A DNA stretch of 64,000 bases from Octopus vulgaris (Eukaryota). The translations under genes were made by a program, and so were the position numbers. Each line of letters begins with the position of its first letter. The first letter of the stretch is position 1. The stretch is taken from contig OX597816.1 of the NCBI GenBank assembly GCA_951406725.2, positions 150,536,001-150,600,000 of the forward strand, read 5' to 3'. Under the pieces are notes generated by a model. It was not told the DNA's origin, did not search any database, and saw only the letters and a program-made list of their open reading frames with translations. Positions 39,238 through 52,244 of this stretch are shown one piece after another.

Positions 39238-42200
39238 GTTAATACAGTGCATGAAAGTATGGGTTTTAAATAGATAGATATAAATAGAATGAGAAAGCAA
39301 ACACCCTGAGGGACTAAAACCTACATATTCTTATAAACACTCAAGGTAATGAATATTTTAATTAATCACTATTATTGTTGTTATTTCTTATATAGTTACG
39401 AGCTCTGAGATGTGTAGCTGAAGAAATATGAGAAGTTAGGAAGTGGCAATGTTCTTGTGTTCCAAAAATCATATGGTACTTGCAGCACTATGAAGAATAC
39501 CATTACTTGTAAAAGTATCCAGTGTTAGTAAAATCTTAAATTTATCAACCTCCATGGTTAATAGACACAGCACGAACAACAGGTTCTGTGATAAATATCA
39601 AGGTATTGATAATGCAAAATATCTAAATAGGTGTCAATAAATCACTTTATGGCATGAAGATTCATGCATAGGTAGTGATAATAAGTGTTCTTGTCATAAT
39701 TGAGAAAATGTGTGTGGTAGGGAAAGGTTCTTGTTTCTCGTTTTTTTTTAGTTTATTTTTTTTCTTTATTATTAATTCTTTTCACTCTATGCAAAATAAT
39801 TTTGGCAAGTTCTGAGATAACTAAAATTAACAAAAGAACGACAACAACGACGATGATAGTGGTGGTGGTAACTGGAATCAATTCATTTTTTAATTACTGT
39901 GTATATCTTTCTTTTCATTCTCCCTCTATCTCTTTCACTTTCTCCCTCTCTCTTTCCTTTTCTTTCTCTCCCTCTCTTCCTTTCTTCCCCTCTCTTATAC
40001 ACACACACACACACACACACCAGCCCCTATCCTAGTAATAGTTTTATATTTTCCATGATTTTATATTTTTTCTTTATTACTTTAATTAGATATTATTCAC
40101 AAGCACATGTACATACATGCTTATACATATACATGCACATAGCTACACATACACACATGCACATATATATGCACACTAAACTAGTACACACTTTAACTAT
40201 CCATCCATCCATCCATCTCTTTATCAAGCTCTTTTCACCAACAGTATCCCTAATATTTTCTTTATGACTACTTCTTCACCAAATGCATGCAGCCTACACA
40301 CACACACATACAACCCCGCATAGGTGTCTGTGTGCATTTGTTCATATGCGCAACAAACACACTCATGAGCACCTCTGCAGCGATACATATTTGCCTACAT
40401 ACACACGTGTGTACAGCACCTGTCTTTTGAACTGATATATATACTTTAGCTACCTAACCATCCAGCTACAGATATTTGTCGACAATTCGTCTATCCTTTT
40501 CCTTTATCATGTACCTTGATGTGTGCATGGACTTACACAAACACATATGCATGCACATGCACGCACATGCACACCCACACATATGCACGTGTGCACACAC
40601 ACACACACACATACACGCAACCACCACTTACATACACTCACTTATTCCTTTGTACAGTTCTGTATCTTTCTCTCCATTCCATTCAGGGCTTTATTTTTAT
40701 TTTATTCCTCTCCCCCACTCACCCACACAATCAATATGAGAATAACTTTATAATAGATCTCTTTGCAGAATATCTTCACTGTCAACACTTGATGTTGATC
40801 AATTGGTTTTTCAAAAGTGAGAGTTAATAAGCACAAGGAGATAGCAATAACTAGAAAAATGCTTTGTTAACCAGTTAACACGATATGAACGTATAATAAT
40901 AAATATCTATATAGAAAACCTTTACAGTTAATAATTGATGTTTGGGCAATTCATTTTTCAAAACTGATAAGTGATCAATATTATCAACCCTTGGAAAAGA
41001 GAAGGCAACAACAGACACAACTGCAACAACAAAACTGCTAAGTAATCAACAATTGTTTACTTACCTTAAGTCTTTCATCTTGCCCTTAGCAGTAGGGGTG
41101 GTGATTTCCACTGTTTCTATTTAACACAACCTCTCATTCCTTTTTTTCTTAACAGAATAAATGGTATTCCATATGTTAGAAAATATATTTATTTTGGATT
41201 TTTGTTGTTGTAACAAAAGAGATTGCTGTTTGTTTTACTGTGTGTATGTGGATGTGTAATAATTTTTTTTTTTTTGCAAACAAATAGACCAACAGACAGA
41301 TAAACAAACACAAAAGAACAGGGAACACTGGAAGTGATCAGCTAATAATTCCTTGATATGAAAATAGATGATTGTCAATTTGAGTTCCTTGTAACATTAG
41401 GCTCCTTTTTCTGGGTGAGCTTTTTGTGGTTTTGATAAGAGATATGTATAGATATGTGTTTACGCACATGTGTATGGCGGGTGAGTATGTGTATGTGATT
41501 ACGAGAATGTGAGTTCATGTAAAAGTGTTTGCGTCTTTCTGTTTTGTCTGTTTGTGTGTTTGTGTTGGTTTTTTTGTTTATGACTGTTCTTTTTTTCTTT
41601 CTGTTTTCAGCTATTTAGCAGCTTTTCTGTTGAGTATTTATATACCTATATCCTTAATGGAATGGACATGTAACACTCAGGCACTCAAATATATATACAT
41701 ATACACACAAACATAAAACAATTATATCTCATATACCTATAAATTCGTACAGATTGACTTTATGCGTTTGTATATATGTATATATATATATATATATTAC
41801 ATATATTTACACACAAAAATATACACACACAGTAAGTCTAGTATATTGACAATAGGGTACAACAATCTATTTCACACACACACATGCACATATATATATG
41901 TATATATATATATATTTATGTATATATATAATTATATATATATATGTATGTGTGTGTATCTGTGTTTGTGTTTGAACTTGAAACAGAAAGTAAAGGTAAC
42001 TCTAGCTTTAGCGAAAATGGTTTACCTGTAAAGCTAAGGGTCTGTTTTACCTGAGTGTTGTTGTTACTGTGTGTGTAAACTACATAGAAGTAGAGTGTCT
42101 CATTTAAAGAAGATAGACAAAGTAGAGGTGAGATTTGTTTTGTTTGTTTGTTTTCTTCTTGTTTATCTGGATTTTAGGTGTGTTGTTTTTGTATGAGTGT

Positions 42201-43814
42201 GTGTTTAGTTAGAGCTTATTATGTATGCTGTGCTGTGGTGTATATGCGTATATTAAGACAACTCAAATGAGTTGCATGGACAGTTAAAGGCAATAATAAT
42301 AATAATAATAATAATAACAATAATAATGATAATAATCCAGATAGAAGTGTTGTAATAATGTAGATAAAAAGAATCCTAGTGACAACAATACTAAGTGTAT
42401 ATATGTATATGTATGTACATATATATATTTATTTATATATATATATAAATATATATTTATATATACACACCACACTAGGCCTTTAACTGTCAGAGCTGCT
42501 CCAATGTGCTCACTTCTGCTAACAGCTCTAGCATTAGTTAAGATAAAAAAAAATATCTTATTTTTTCTTCTTCCTTTCTTTTTTCTTTTCTTTTTTTCTT
42601 TTTTTGGTAATATTTGTCTTCTTCTAAGGATCTGTGGACTAAGAATTTATCTAAGTATCTTTCACCTCCACCTCTCTGGCTCCACCTCTACCTCCTTTCC
42701 TCCTCATCCTTCTCTCCCTGCTACTTCTACTTTTGCTACTACTGCTGCTGCTGCTGCTGCCAATATTGTTATTTCTGATGATGTTGTTGTTATTGTTGTG
42801 GTTGTTGTTGCCAGCTGACTGCTGTTCCTCAAACAAGCTCCTTGCAGCTACCATTCCAGATCACTTAAAACATATACCGAGCTCTTAACTTCAGCTCTCC
42901 TATTTGCTGCCTGTTCTATTTGGTCTGTTCTCTTTTTCTCTACATATCTGTGTGTGTGTGTATGAACGAAAGGGAGTAAGAAAGGGAAAGAGAGAGAGAG
43001 AGTATCGGATGGGAATCAGTTATTGTTATGAGGATATTGTTATCATAGTTCGAACACCTACTGAATTTGCACCCTCAAATTAATGCATTTATTTAAATCT
43101 TCCTGTTCTGTGCTTGTGCTCCTATATTGTGTACTAGTCTTTCTCTATCTCCCTCTCTTTACATACACACATGCACACTGATGAGGGTCTCCCTTCCCAT
43201 GATATATAATCTAAAATGCAGTACCTTGGTTGTGTAACACAACCTTAACAAATACTATCTTCCACCGTGTTCCTACCACGAAGTTCATTAAACTACTGCT
43301 TTTCTCAGATTTTTCTCTTACCTGCCAACCCAAACACCTTTTTCCTGTAGCTTTCATCCTGGACTAAGGTGTAACTGCTATAGTAAAACGGGCTCCTTTT
43401 GCATTTCTCCACGGATAGATAGGTTGATAGATAAATAGATAGCTATACAGGTAAACAGGTAGATTTATTATTTAATAAATGCAATCATAAAAATGTCATT
43501 GCATATAGCACCAGACACACACACACAGAGGCACACAACAAAAAGGGATGTGGGTCTGTCGGCTGTATATTGCAGCCTAACAATCTATCACTACCCCAAC
43601 ACCAATGTTGCTGCTGCTGCTGCTGGTACTACTACTGCCACCATCACCACCACCACCTCCACCGTTCATACCATTACTAACACTGCTACTACCCAATATG
43701 AATAAAACAGCTAAACAGTTAAGACAAGCTTATTTCACAGTCATGCTGTATCCAGATGTTGGTTAGCCTGGCAAGGTACCTGCTCTCACCTTATGTTAAA
43801 GCAAAACAAGTCAG

Positions 43815-44025
43815 CAAGAGAGCCTCTACATGATCATACATGCTAGAAATAGTAGCCAAATCTCCCTCATATCAAACCATAATGTCTAAGAAAAGAACCT
43901 ATTGAATAATGTGGTCTTTAGTTCCCTGCACATTAGTAAAAGACTGGGTACTCATAGCTAGTATGCCTTCATATGTCAGCTCAATCAGGGCTGACCTGGA
44001 GCTACACAACAACTGCAAAACAACT
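43815..44025 (+). repeat. Interspersed repeat family D (~200 bp, SINE-like tail)
   Basis: Shared tgctagaaatagcagccaaatct...ggataatgt...ctggaatgc.tttgatcatag...tcagggctgacctgg..ctaaacaacaac. Other copies lie at ~20255-20400, 31145-31320, 44710-44885, 46485-46680 (minus) and 47355-47555. Confidence 0.75.
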
Positions 44026-47000
44026 ACACATTGTATCCGTGTGTATATTGATGAGAACAGATACAGTGTATAAAAAGGAACAACTTAGTTACTCTTGGGT
44101 TTTAGTTTTTTGGAGGAGGAAGTGTTTTTATTTTTATTATTATCACAGTAGTTAAATTAAACTGTTTACAAATAGAACTTGTGTGGCTAAGGATATGAAG
44201 TGACAGGTCCACTGTCCTCGTTATAAGGGTTTATTATCTCAAACATTAGTGTAGCCCTGATGATTCTTGCTCAGTACTCAGGGTACTAACAGCTCCAGTC
44301 ACTACTGGTGAACATTCAATTACTTTTGTTCCATTAGCAATTCCATTCCAATACTAACTTACCAGTGATTCTTCCAACCACAAATTAAACAACCTAATGT
44401 CACACATGTGTGTGTATGTATATTCATACATTCTCTCTCTCTCTCTCTCTTTGTCTTTCTCTGTTTCTATCTGTCTGTCTGTCTCTCTCTCCCCCCGTGT
44501 CTCTCTCTCTCTCTCTCTCACATGCACACACATATAGATATCAATATTGATTTTAATCTCGGGGTGGTACATTGGTAAAGATAGTCACCTAAAAGCCTTG
44601 GAATGGCTATGTATTTGATGCCTACAGGGGTCAGTATCAGTAATATATTAGTGTTGATTCATTTGCATTTAATCTTTTTGTTAAAGGATTTGGACCTCTT
44701 ACTGCCTATATGTGGTCAACTTGCTAGAAATAGCAGTCGAATATCTTGTAAGTTACCTTATACTGGATAATGTAACCCCCTGTGTGAGAAAAGAATCTTT
44801 TAACCAAATGAGATGGTCACCACTGGAATGTTTTTGATCATAGCTCTGCTCAATCAGAACTGATTTGTAGTCAACAACAACATCAAATATAATGTTAACA
44901 TAAATCAGAAATTGCATGAGTCAATTTATACCTGTATATATAACCTGTTAATACTAACATGTAAGTACTAACTAATAGTCACTTAATTTCTTCAGTATCT
45001 TATTTTATGAATGAAATTTTCTCTCTCTTTCTCATTTTCTTTCTCTCTATCTTCCTCTCCCTCTCTCTTCTTCTATCCTTTTGTCTTTATCCCTCCCTTT
45101 TCTCTCTCCTCTCTTTCTTCCTCCCTTTTCTCTCTCCTTCTTCCTCTCTCTCTCACCCATTTTGTATGTGAGCGTGTTTAATGTTTTAAAATGTTTTAAA
45201 TAGCCTCTTTAGCTAACCACATGTATGTGTTGATGTGTATATTATATGATCATATACTGGAATATTTAAATATTTAAAAAGTTCACTTTACAATCATGAA
45301 GCTTTGAGTCCAATCCCACTGTATGGTACCTTGCACAAGTGCCTTCAATCATAATCTCAGGTCAACCTAAGTATTGTGACTAAAACTCAGAACTCAAAAA
45401 TTATACCAAAGCCTGCAATTACACTTGTAATTCAAAGGACCAACCTTATATATTGTGTCAGACTGAGCCTGCCTTAGAATTACATCAAGGTTACAAGTGA
45501 TGTAATTCTAAGTAGTTGCTTCATTGATTGGGCACCCTAAATAACATCATGGGAACTCATATGTGATCCATATATTTTATATAATACTTAAGCATACACA
45601 CACATATAGGAATACATACATTTACAACACACACACTTTTATATATAAGTTAATACATATGTTTACCACAAACCCAATGAACAATGTGTCCCAGTATAAG
45701 TTTTGGAACAAAATTTGCTTAGGGGGTGCAAACCCAGTTTTCCATGAGGATGTTCAAAGCTCCACAAAAATTGGCAGCAGGAGCACTTGCACTCCCTGTT
45801 CCTGAGCCTATGTACCTCAGGTTTTTCTGTTAGAGTTCTCCCTCTCCTGGGTTAGTTGCTTTTGCCATGGCTGGTAGGCTAAACATGCACCTGGGTACTA
45901 AACTAAAAAATTTTTAATTCCTACGCATAGATGCATATATCATATAACTGGATAGCCATTGACTCTTCTGAGTTCATTTGCTTTCTGAGGAGTTTTTTTG
46001 TCATCCTGCAGGGGTGTCCAAAAATAACCCTACTCACTAAGCGAGCTTGGGTAGTGTTGCTGGTGTAGCTGCTGATGGCCTGACCATGCAACAGGTTGTA
46101 CTCAAATTGACCTGACCGTATAGCTATACATTTATATGTATACACACATATGCACATTTAGGTATGTATATATATATATATATAATGAATATGTGTGTGT
46201 TTGTGTGTATGCGTGTGTAATTACAGATGAATATAGCAAAAGAAACCCAATTTGTAGCTGTTTCTAAGTGTGCTCAGGCAACAAAATATACCTGGCATCT
46301 AGTAGTCTGTATCACTATGTCTGTATATCTACATTTCTACAATTATTTCATTTAAATAATAATAGTTCTCTATACAAATTCTTCTATCGATGATAATGAG
46401 GATAACAATAATCATGTGTGTGTGTGTGTTTATTTGCTTTAATGACCTGAATTTCTGTTTATATGTGCTTGATCGATTTCTGACTAACATGTTGTTTAAC
46501 CCCAAGTCAGTTCTGACTGAACAAACCTATGATCAAAAGCATTCCAACCATGACCAGTTGTTTCTTTATATGTCAGAGACTGCATTATCCTTCTATTTTT
46601 AAGACTGAAGGTTTAATTTAATGGAAATTTGGTTGCTATTTCTAGTTGTTTCATCAGCCATATAGAGGTTCCTTTGATTGCTTTAGAGACTAATGTATTA
46701 TAGTTATATAAACTTTGGAAATATATACAAGTACATTTATATGTATTTGGGGTTTAACAGTTAGAGTATTTTATCATAAAAATATAATGCCACAGGTTCA
46801 ATTCCTGTATCAGGCAGTGGATTGTTCTTTGAGCAAGATACTTCATTTCACATTACTCCAGTTTACTCTACTGAAAATGACTACCAGTCAAGTGCTTGTG
46901 CAGCTCTCTTTTCATCTAGGTGTCACATCCTGGATGTGACATTGGACCAAGTGGAAGTGTTGAGAGAGTGTCTATGACTACTTGTGACTAAGTAGGGACC

Positions 47001-48826
47001 TAAAACAATTAACAAGAGCATGGTACATCCTACCAAACTATGCTGCTTCATGGGTGACTACTAGCATTTTAAATAAGTACTTGGAGAGTTTCTCTGGGCA
47101 AACATGATTCAGTGACGCAGTCCTCTTTGCTGTAAATAGAGATTACATGGAATAATTTAATGACATATGCAGTGGGTAAAATTGATAAAACTAAATTTGT
47201 TCTGCTTCTCCTGTGGTTATTACTTGCAGAGGCTGGCTAGGTACTTTGGATGAAACACGTGTTGAATGGTACCCTAATAACTTTATGGCTTATAGTCAAC
47301 TACAATAAAATACTTAGTGTTGTTGATTATACACATCACCAGATAAGTATTGAGCTAATGAAGAAGCCTTTTTTGTGGTCATTTGACTGCTATTTCTTGC
47401 AACCAAATTTCCCTCAAATTATATCCCCCCATCTTATAACAAGGTCACATTGGAAAATGTATCTTAAATATATAAAACAATGGGGTGGTTATATTTGGAA
47501 TGCTTTTGCTGATAAATCTTGATCAGACCTGGCTTGGGGCTAACCAGCAAACAACTGTACGTGTATGAGTGTGTTGCCTGTTCAGGTAAAAGTAATGTTC
47601 GCACATTTTGTAATTATTATATCTATGAGATTTAGTGTTCCCATACCACAATATGAACCCTTTTAAATATCAGTAATTCTTAATGGAGGCTGGCGCAGGA
47701 CTCTGAGAGGGGGTAAGGAATTCATCATACTTGTCGTACTTGCACCTAAGAATTTCAAGGGATCTCAGAAAATATTTGCCTTTGTTGAAGAATTGTTGTA
47801 CACCTTGATAAAATTTTTCTCAGAAACCCTGGTTTCGCCCAAATATGTATATTTGTGCATGTATGTGTGGTAATGATGATAATCAATTAGTTAATTAATT
47901 TATATCCATTGAATATCTCCATTTTCAAACTTTAAAAATTTATATATATATATATATATATGTAGGTATGTATGTATTTTTGCATGTGTATACATGTGTG
48001 TGTGTAGCATGTGATGTATTAGATTAAAAGAAACTTTGGTGGAATAAGTTAAAGTATACCTGAAGGATATGAACCCATATATTTTGTACCCATGTCATTC
48101 ATGGTTGAGACTCACAAGTACCTTTCAGCCTTTTCCCTACCAAATGTTTTTTTAACCCAATATATTACATGCTATTATTTGTAACTGTATCCACTTCGAG
48201 GTTCATCCTTAAATTTTTTTAAATACACATTAACTGGATCTACAAAATACAAATGCATCTATGAAATAATCTTCTGTACAATGTGTACTGGGTGTATTTT
48301 TCATGGTATCAACACCCAAATAATTGTCTTATTTACCAATCACTTTAAGGGGAGTACAGAGGAGTGTGTTTTTCACTATGGACCCAGTATAGGAGGTGGA
48401 GCATCTTGTACACAGTAAATGTAATGGATACTCAGTAATCTAAGAAATGTAGACTGTGGAAATATGTGAGAGAGAGGCAGACAGACAGATAGACAGACAG
48501 ACAGATAGAGAATGAGAGAGGGAGAGAAAGAGAGAGCGATTGGTAATGACTACAGAAAGGCAAAAAAATGTTAGCCAAGAGTGGCAAGAGTATAAAGATG
48601 GTGAGTACTCAATAACCTAGGGCATGTACATTGGCATAGGTGACTAAGGAAGGGAATAAGAGAAAGAGTATGATGATATCTGAAGGACCAGGAGGGGTGG
48701 GTGAAATGGAAAAGATTGTTTAGGGTGGAGTCAGAAAGGAAGTGCAAGAGCAGGAGAAAAAGGTAAGGGTAAGTTTTGAGATAAAGACAAAAGTAGGTGA
48801 TGGATGGCAATAGAAGTGGCTTAGAG

Positions 48827-49119
48827 CAGTGCTACTTAAATTGGTGGTCTGCGGACTGGCACCAGTTCGCAAGCCATCAGCTGCTGGTACACAGCGAGTT
48901 TCCAGAAAAGAAAGAAACATTATAAAATGCTTATGTAATATTGTATTATTTGTTTATAAAATAAATATAAAATTTTAAAAATTGTCAACTTTTATTATAT
49001 TCAATATATATATTGTTTCTGGTATAAATTAATATTACTAAGAAATATTACCAGCCCCTGGCATATTGGACAAAAGAAAAACTATCAGTACGCCACATCA
49101 GATAGTTTGAGAAGCACTG
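48827..49119. mobile_element. hAT (Charlie-like) non-autonomous element
   Basis: Termini are cagtgctacttaaa and tttgagaagcactg. The 8-bp flanks gcttagag and gcttaagg match at 6 of 8 positions, consistent with a hAT TSD. The interior is AT-rich. Confidence 0.8.
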
Positions 49120-49361
49120 GCTTAAGGACAAAGATTAATGCCTGGCAGTACAGAAGTGCAAAGTTATACTACATCAGGTGGAGAGATAAGGGTGATCCAA
49201 TGCTATTTCTTAAACACATGTCTAGTGAAGAGTAAAGGAGTCAACATGATAAGGATTATACAGCCTCTGCAAGTTGTGGAAAAAGAGAGCTGGAAGACCA
49301 TAAGTGATAAATGAGTGAAAAGGGAATGAGCAATTGATAGATAAGAGGTGGGGAAGGGGCA

Positions 49362-49402
<41 letters not shown>

Positions 49403-49750
49403 TAGCAGTTTCATCATACCCAAATATATCATTACAGATACATAGACATAATGTATAGCAAATAATCCTCACTTTCATTTCTAGTGGACATAGAAACTGA
49501 CTTAATAAAAAAAGGTTTGTTGACATTCTCTGTCAAGAAATCAGTCTCTGGCCCGATGCTTTCAAAGACAAATGAAATTTTAAAAATCCCTTATTTAAAA
49601 ACAGTTAAGAGTTAGTGACAAGTAGATCCTCCAATGCTTCAGTAATATGTATTTTTTCAACTGATGCTAACACGGTAAATTGGAAATAAACAAATATGTC
49701 ATTCAATCATGACAGTGAGTGAATAATATTCTTAATGCTCCAGTTAATTC

Positions 49751-49869
49751 TTAACTCTTTTAGTCCTGACTTCTTGAACCCTATTTTACCTGGCACTCCA
49801 CCGGTGCTATGGTATAGAGAAAAATAAGCCATCCACCAGTAAACTGGTGTTACGGGCTCAAAGGGTTAA
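49751..49869. mobile_element. Short TTAA-flanked MITE (piggyBac-like ends)
   Basis: ttaa-ctcttttagtcctga ... tacgggctcaaaggg-ttaa. The TIRs match at 10 of 15 positions. Confidence 0.5.
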
Positions 49870-51169
49870 TCAAATTAAATGTAGTCAAATTCATTGAAAG
49901 GACCAGTGCTCTGCTAAATTTTCAGATATAATAGAAAATTAGTTGGGTCAAAAAGGTTACAATAAAATATGTATTCAAAAATGAGAGATGAGAGAATAAC
50001 ATTTAGATGCAACTTCTAAGCAGTATAGTTACCTTTGTCTTTATCATTTTTGTTTTAATCGCACTTAAGTTAAATATTTGATAGAAAGGAATCTATTTCT
50101 GTAAACCAAGTTAAAATCAGTGCGGTAGAAAAAAATTGAGATAAAAAGTGGTCAAAACAAAAAAGTATTTATTCTTGATATTACCCATAAATCATCATAT
50201 CTCTGTTATTTTAAAAGAAAATTTAGTATAATTAAGCTTCATTAAAAGATTTCAGTAGCAGGAATCCTTTTCTTTTCAAATTGGTGCCATAGAAAAAACT
50301 TATGGGGCAAAAAATAGCCAAATTTGAGAGTAAGGCCAAAATTAGTTGTCATGTCATTATATTTTTGTTCTTTTCAGAAAGAAAAGTAGTGTAGAGTTTT
50401 CTAAAATCTAAATGAAGGAATAATAATTTTGAAAACTACATCAGAATTGGTTCAATAGAAAAACTTCTGAAATAAAAGTGGTCAAATTTGAGAATGATCT
50501 CAAATAAATATTGTGACACTGAAAATTGAGTATATAAAGGACAAAGTAGAGGGGTAGTATTGCATTGGTTCCAAATTTTGATTGGTTTGGTTACCTCAAG
50601 ATGTGTGTTAGCTGTGAGTATGTAGAGAACAGACTTTAGAAGCAAGTTTAGGTGCAAAAACATCATTTTTCATTCAAATTTAATAAAAATGCCAAAATTC
50701 TTTGTGAATAAGATTATTCTTAGATTAATGCATAAATATGCCAATTTGAGCTCATTAAATAGTACATTTCACATGTTGTTTTCAAAGTGGTATTTATTTT
50801 TTTTAACAGTTGAGCAAGAATTGTTTTCTATATTTATTTGTGTACCAAATAGTAAAGATTAATCAATGCATATAGTTAATATTTAAAATAATAAGTATGG
50901 CTGCTTAGCACCAAATTTAGGATTCTGGATTATAGTAGGAAAATTAATCAACTATATTAAAATTTCATAAATTAATGGAATTAGGCATAGAAAATTTATT
51001 ATTGCCAAATTTATTCTATGAAAAATGTTTTTTTATCTTATTTAAATGTTTAAAATATTAAAAATTTTATAAAAATTGTTTTTAGTTTTAGCAATCATTT
51101 TTAAAACTTCTTTTAAATAGCTTTTACTGTTATTTTTCTGTTCATTTTTCTATCACTCTTATAAAGATC

Positions 51170-51352
51170 ATGTCAGAATGTGGCAAGGGCAGCAAAGGTA
51201 TGAGTAAAAGAGACACCAAGTGACATTACAAGGTTCTACTTGACAAACTCCAAAGCTTCATGAAGCTGGCTATCTGATGCTTGGTTTGTCATAGTAGCAT
51301 CTATAGCCTGATCTATGAGGTGACCCTCATAATTTGCATGAATGTGATCAGA
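51170..51352 (+). pseudogene. H4: Histone H4 pseudogene (N-terminal ~two thirds, two in-frame stops, small in-frame deletions)
   Basis: Translation MSECGKGSKGMSKRDTK*HYKVLLDKLQSFMKLAI*CLVCHSS-IYSLIYEVTLIICMNVIR aligns with canonical H4 [68 protein letters not shown]. By hand count 24 of the first 50 codons are identical in amino acid. Confidence 0.92.
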
Positions 51353-52244
51353 CCCCTTTTACTTCAAAGTGGTTAACTCATATTTGTTGTACTGCTTTCT
51401 GAATTGAACTGGTGTTTTTAAGTTTGTCTACTGCTGCTTTATTGGCATTCTCTCTTTTGTCTTGGGTTCCATGTTGGCATTTTTAAATAATTTACTTTCT
51501 GTCAATGTATAAAGTTTACTTTTTGACTGTAGATTAAACATCCTGAAAAACATTCATTCTTAGCTTCCATATTTTTTGAGTTTTGTTTCAAAAGCAATCT
51601 TTTGTCAGTAGAAACTGCCAGTAAAAAAATGTACTAGCAGAAGTGATGATATTCTTTATACATTGAATCTGGAAAAGTACAGGACAAGAAATGAAAGTTT
51701 AAAAATATTGAAGCTGAAGTAGGAATTTGAATTTATATTGTATTTTGGTGCATAGAAAAAAAAGTAAGAAAAAATTAAAAGGAGAATTAGTGTGGCCTTT
51801 AAGCAGCATGTTGGACATATTCTTTTATTCTTTTACTTGTTTCAGTCATTTGGCTGTGGCCATGATGGAACACCACATTAAAGGTTTCTTTTAGTTGAAG
51901 AAATTGACCACAGGACTTATTCTTTGTAAGTCTAGTCGTGAAATTTGAATGACCAGTTTCTTTCACTCATAGCACCCATGCAAATGCATGTCTGACTGGG
52001 AACCCACCAATCCTTTGCACTGAATGAGGAAGATTAATTAAATTTCTTGTACTTCATCCCTCTTTCCCCAAACTAAACTCGTTTCCAGTTGCAGTTTATC
52101 TGTTTAAAAACTCTCGCCTCATATGTTTCCATTCCATTCCATTCTTTCGCCAAATGATGTTGCGATGCTAAGCTAAGATTCTCTCATTTTTTTCCGTTCT
52201 TTTGTACTTCTTTCACCATTAACAGTTTAAATGTATTATTTACT

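Noticed and set aside
42651-42854. 67-aa N/S/R-rich ORF
   Set aside because: Its composition is explained by trinucleotide repeats, and no domain was recognised.
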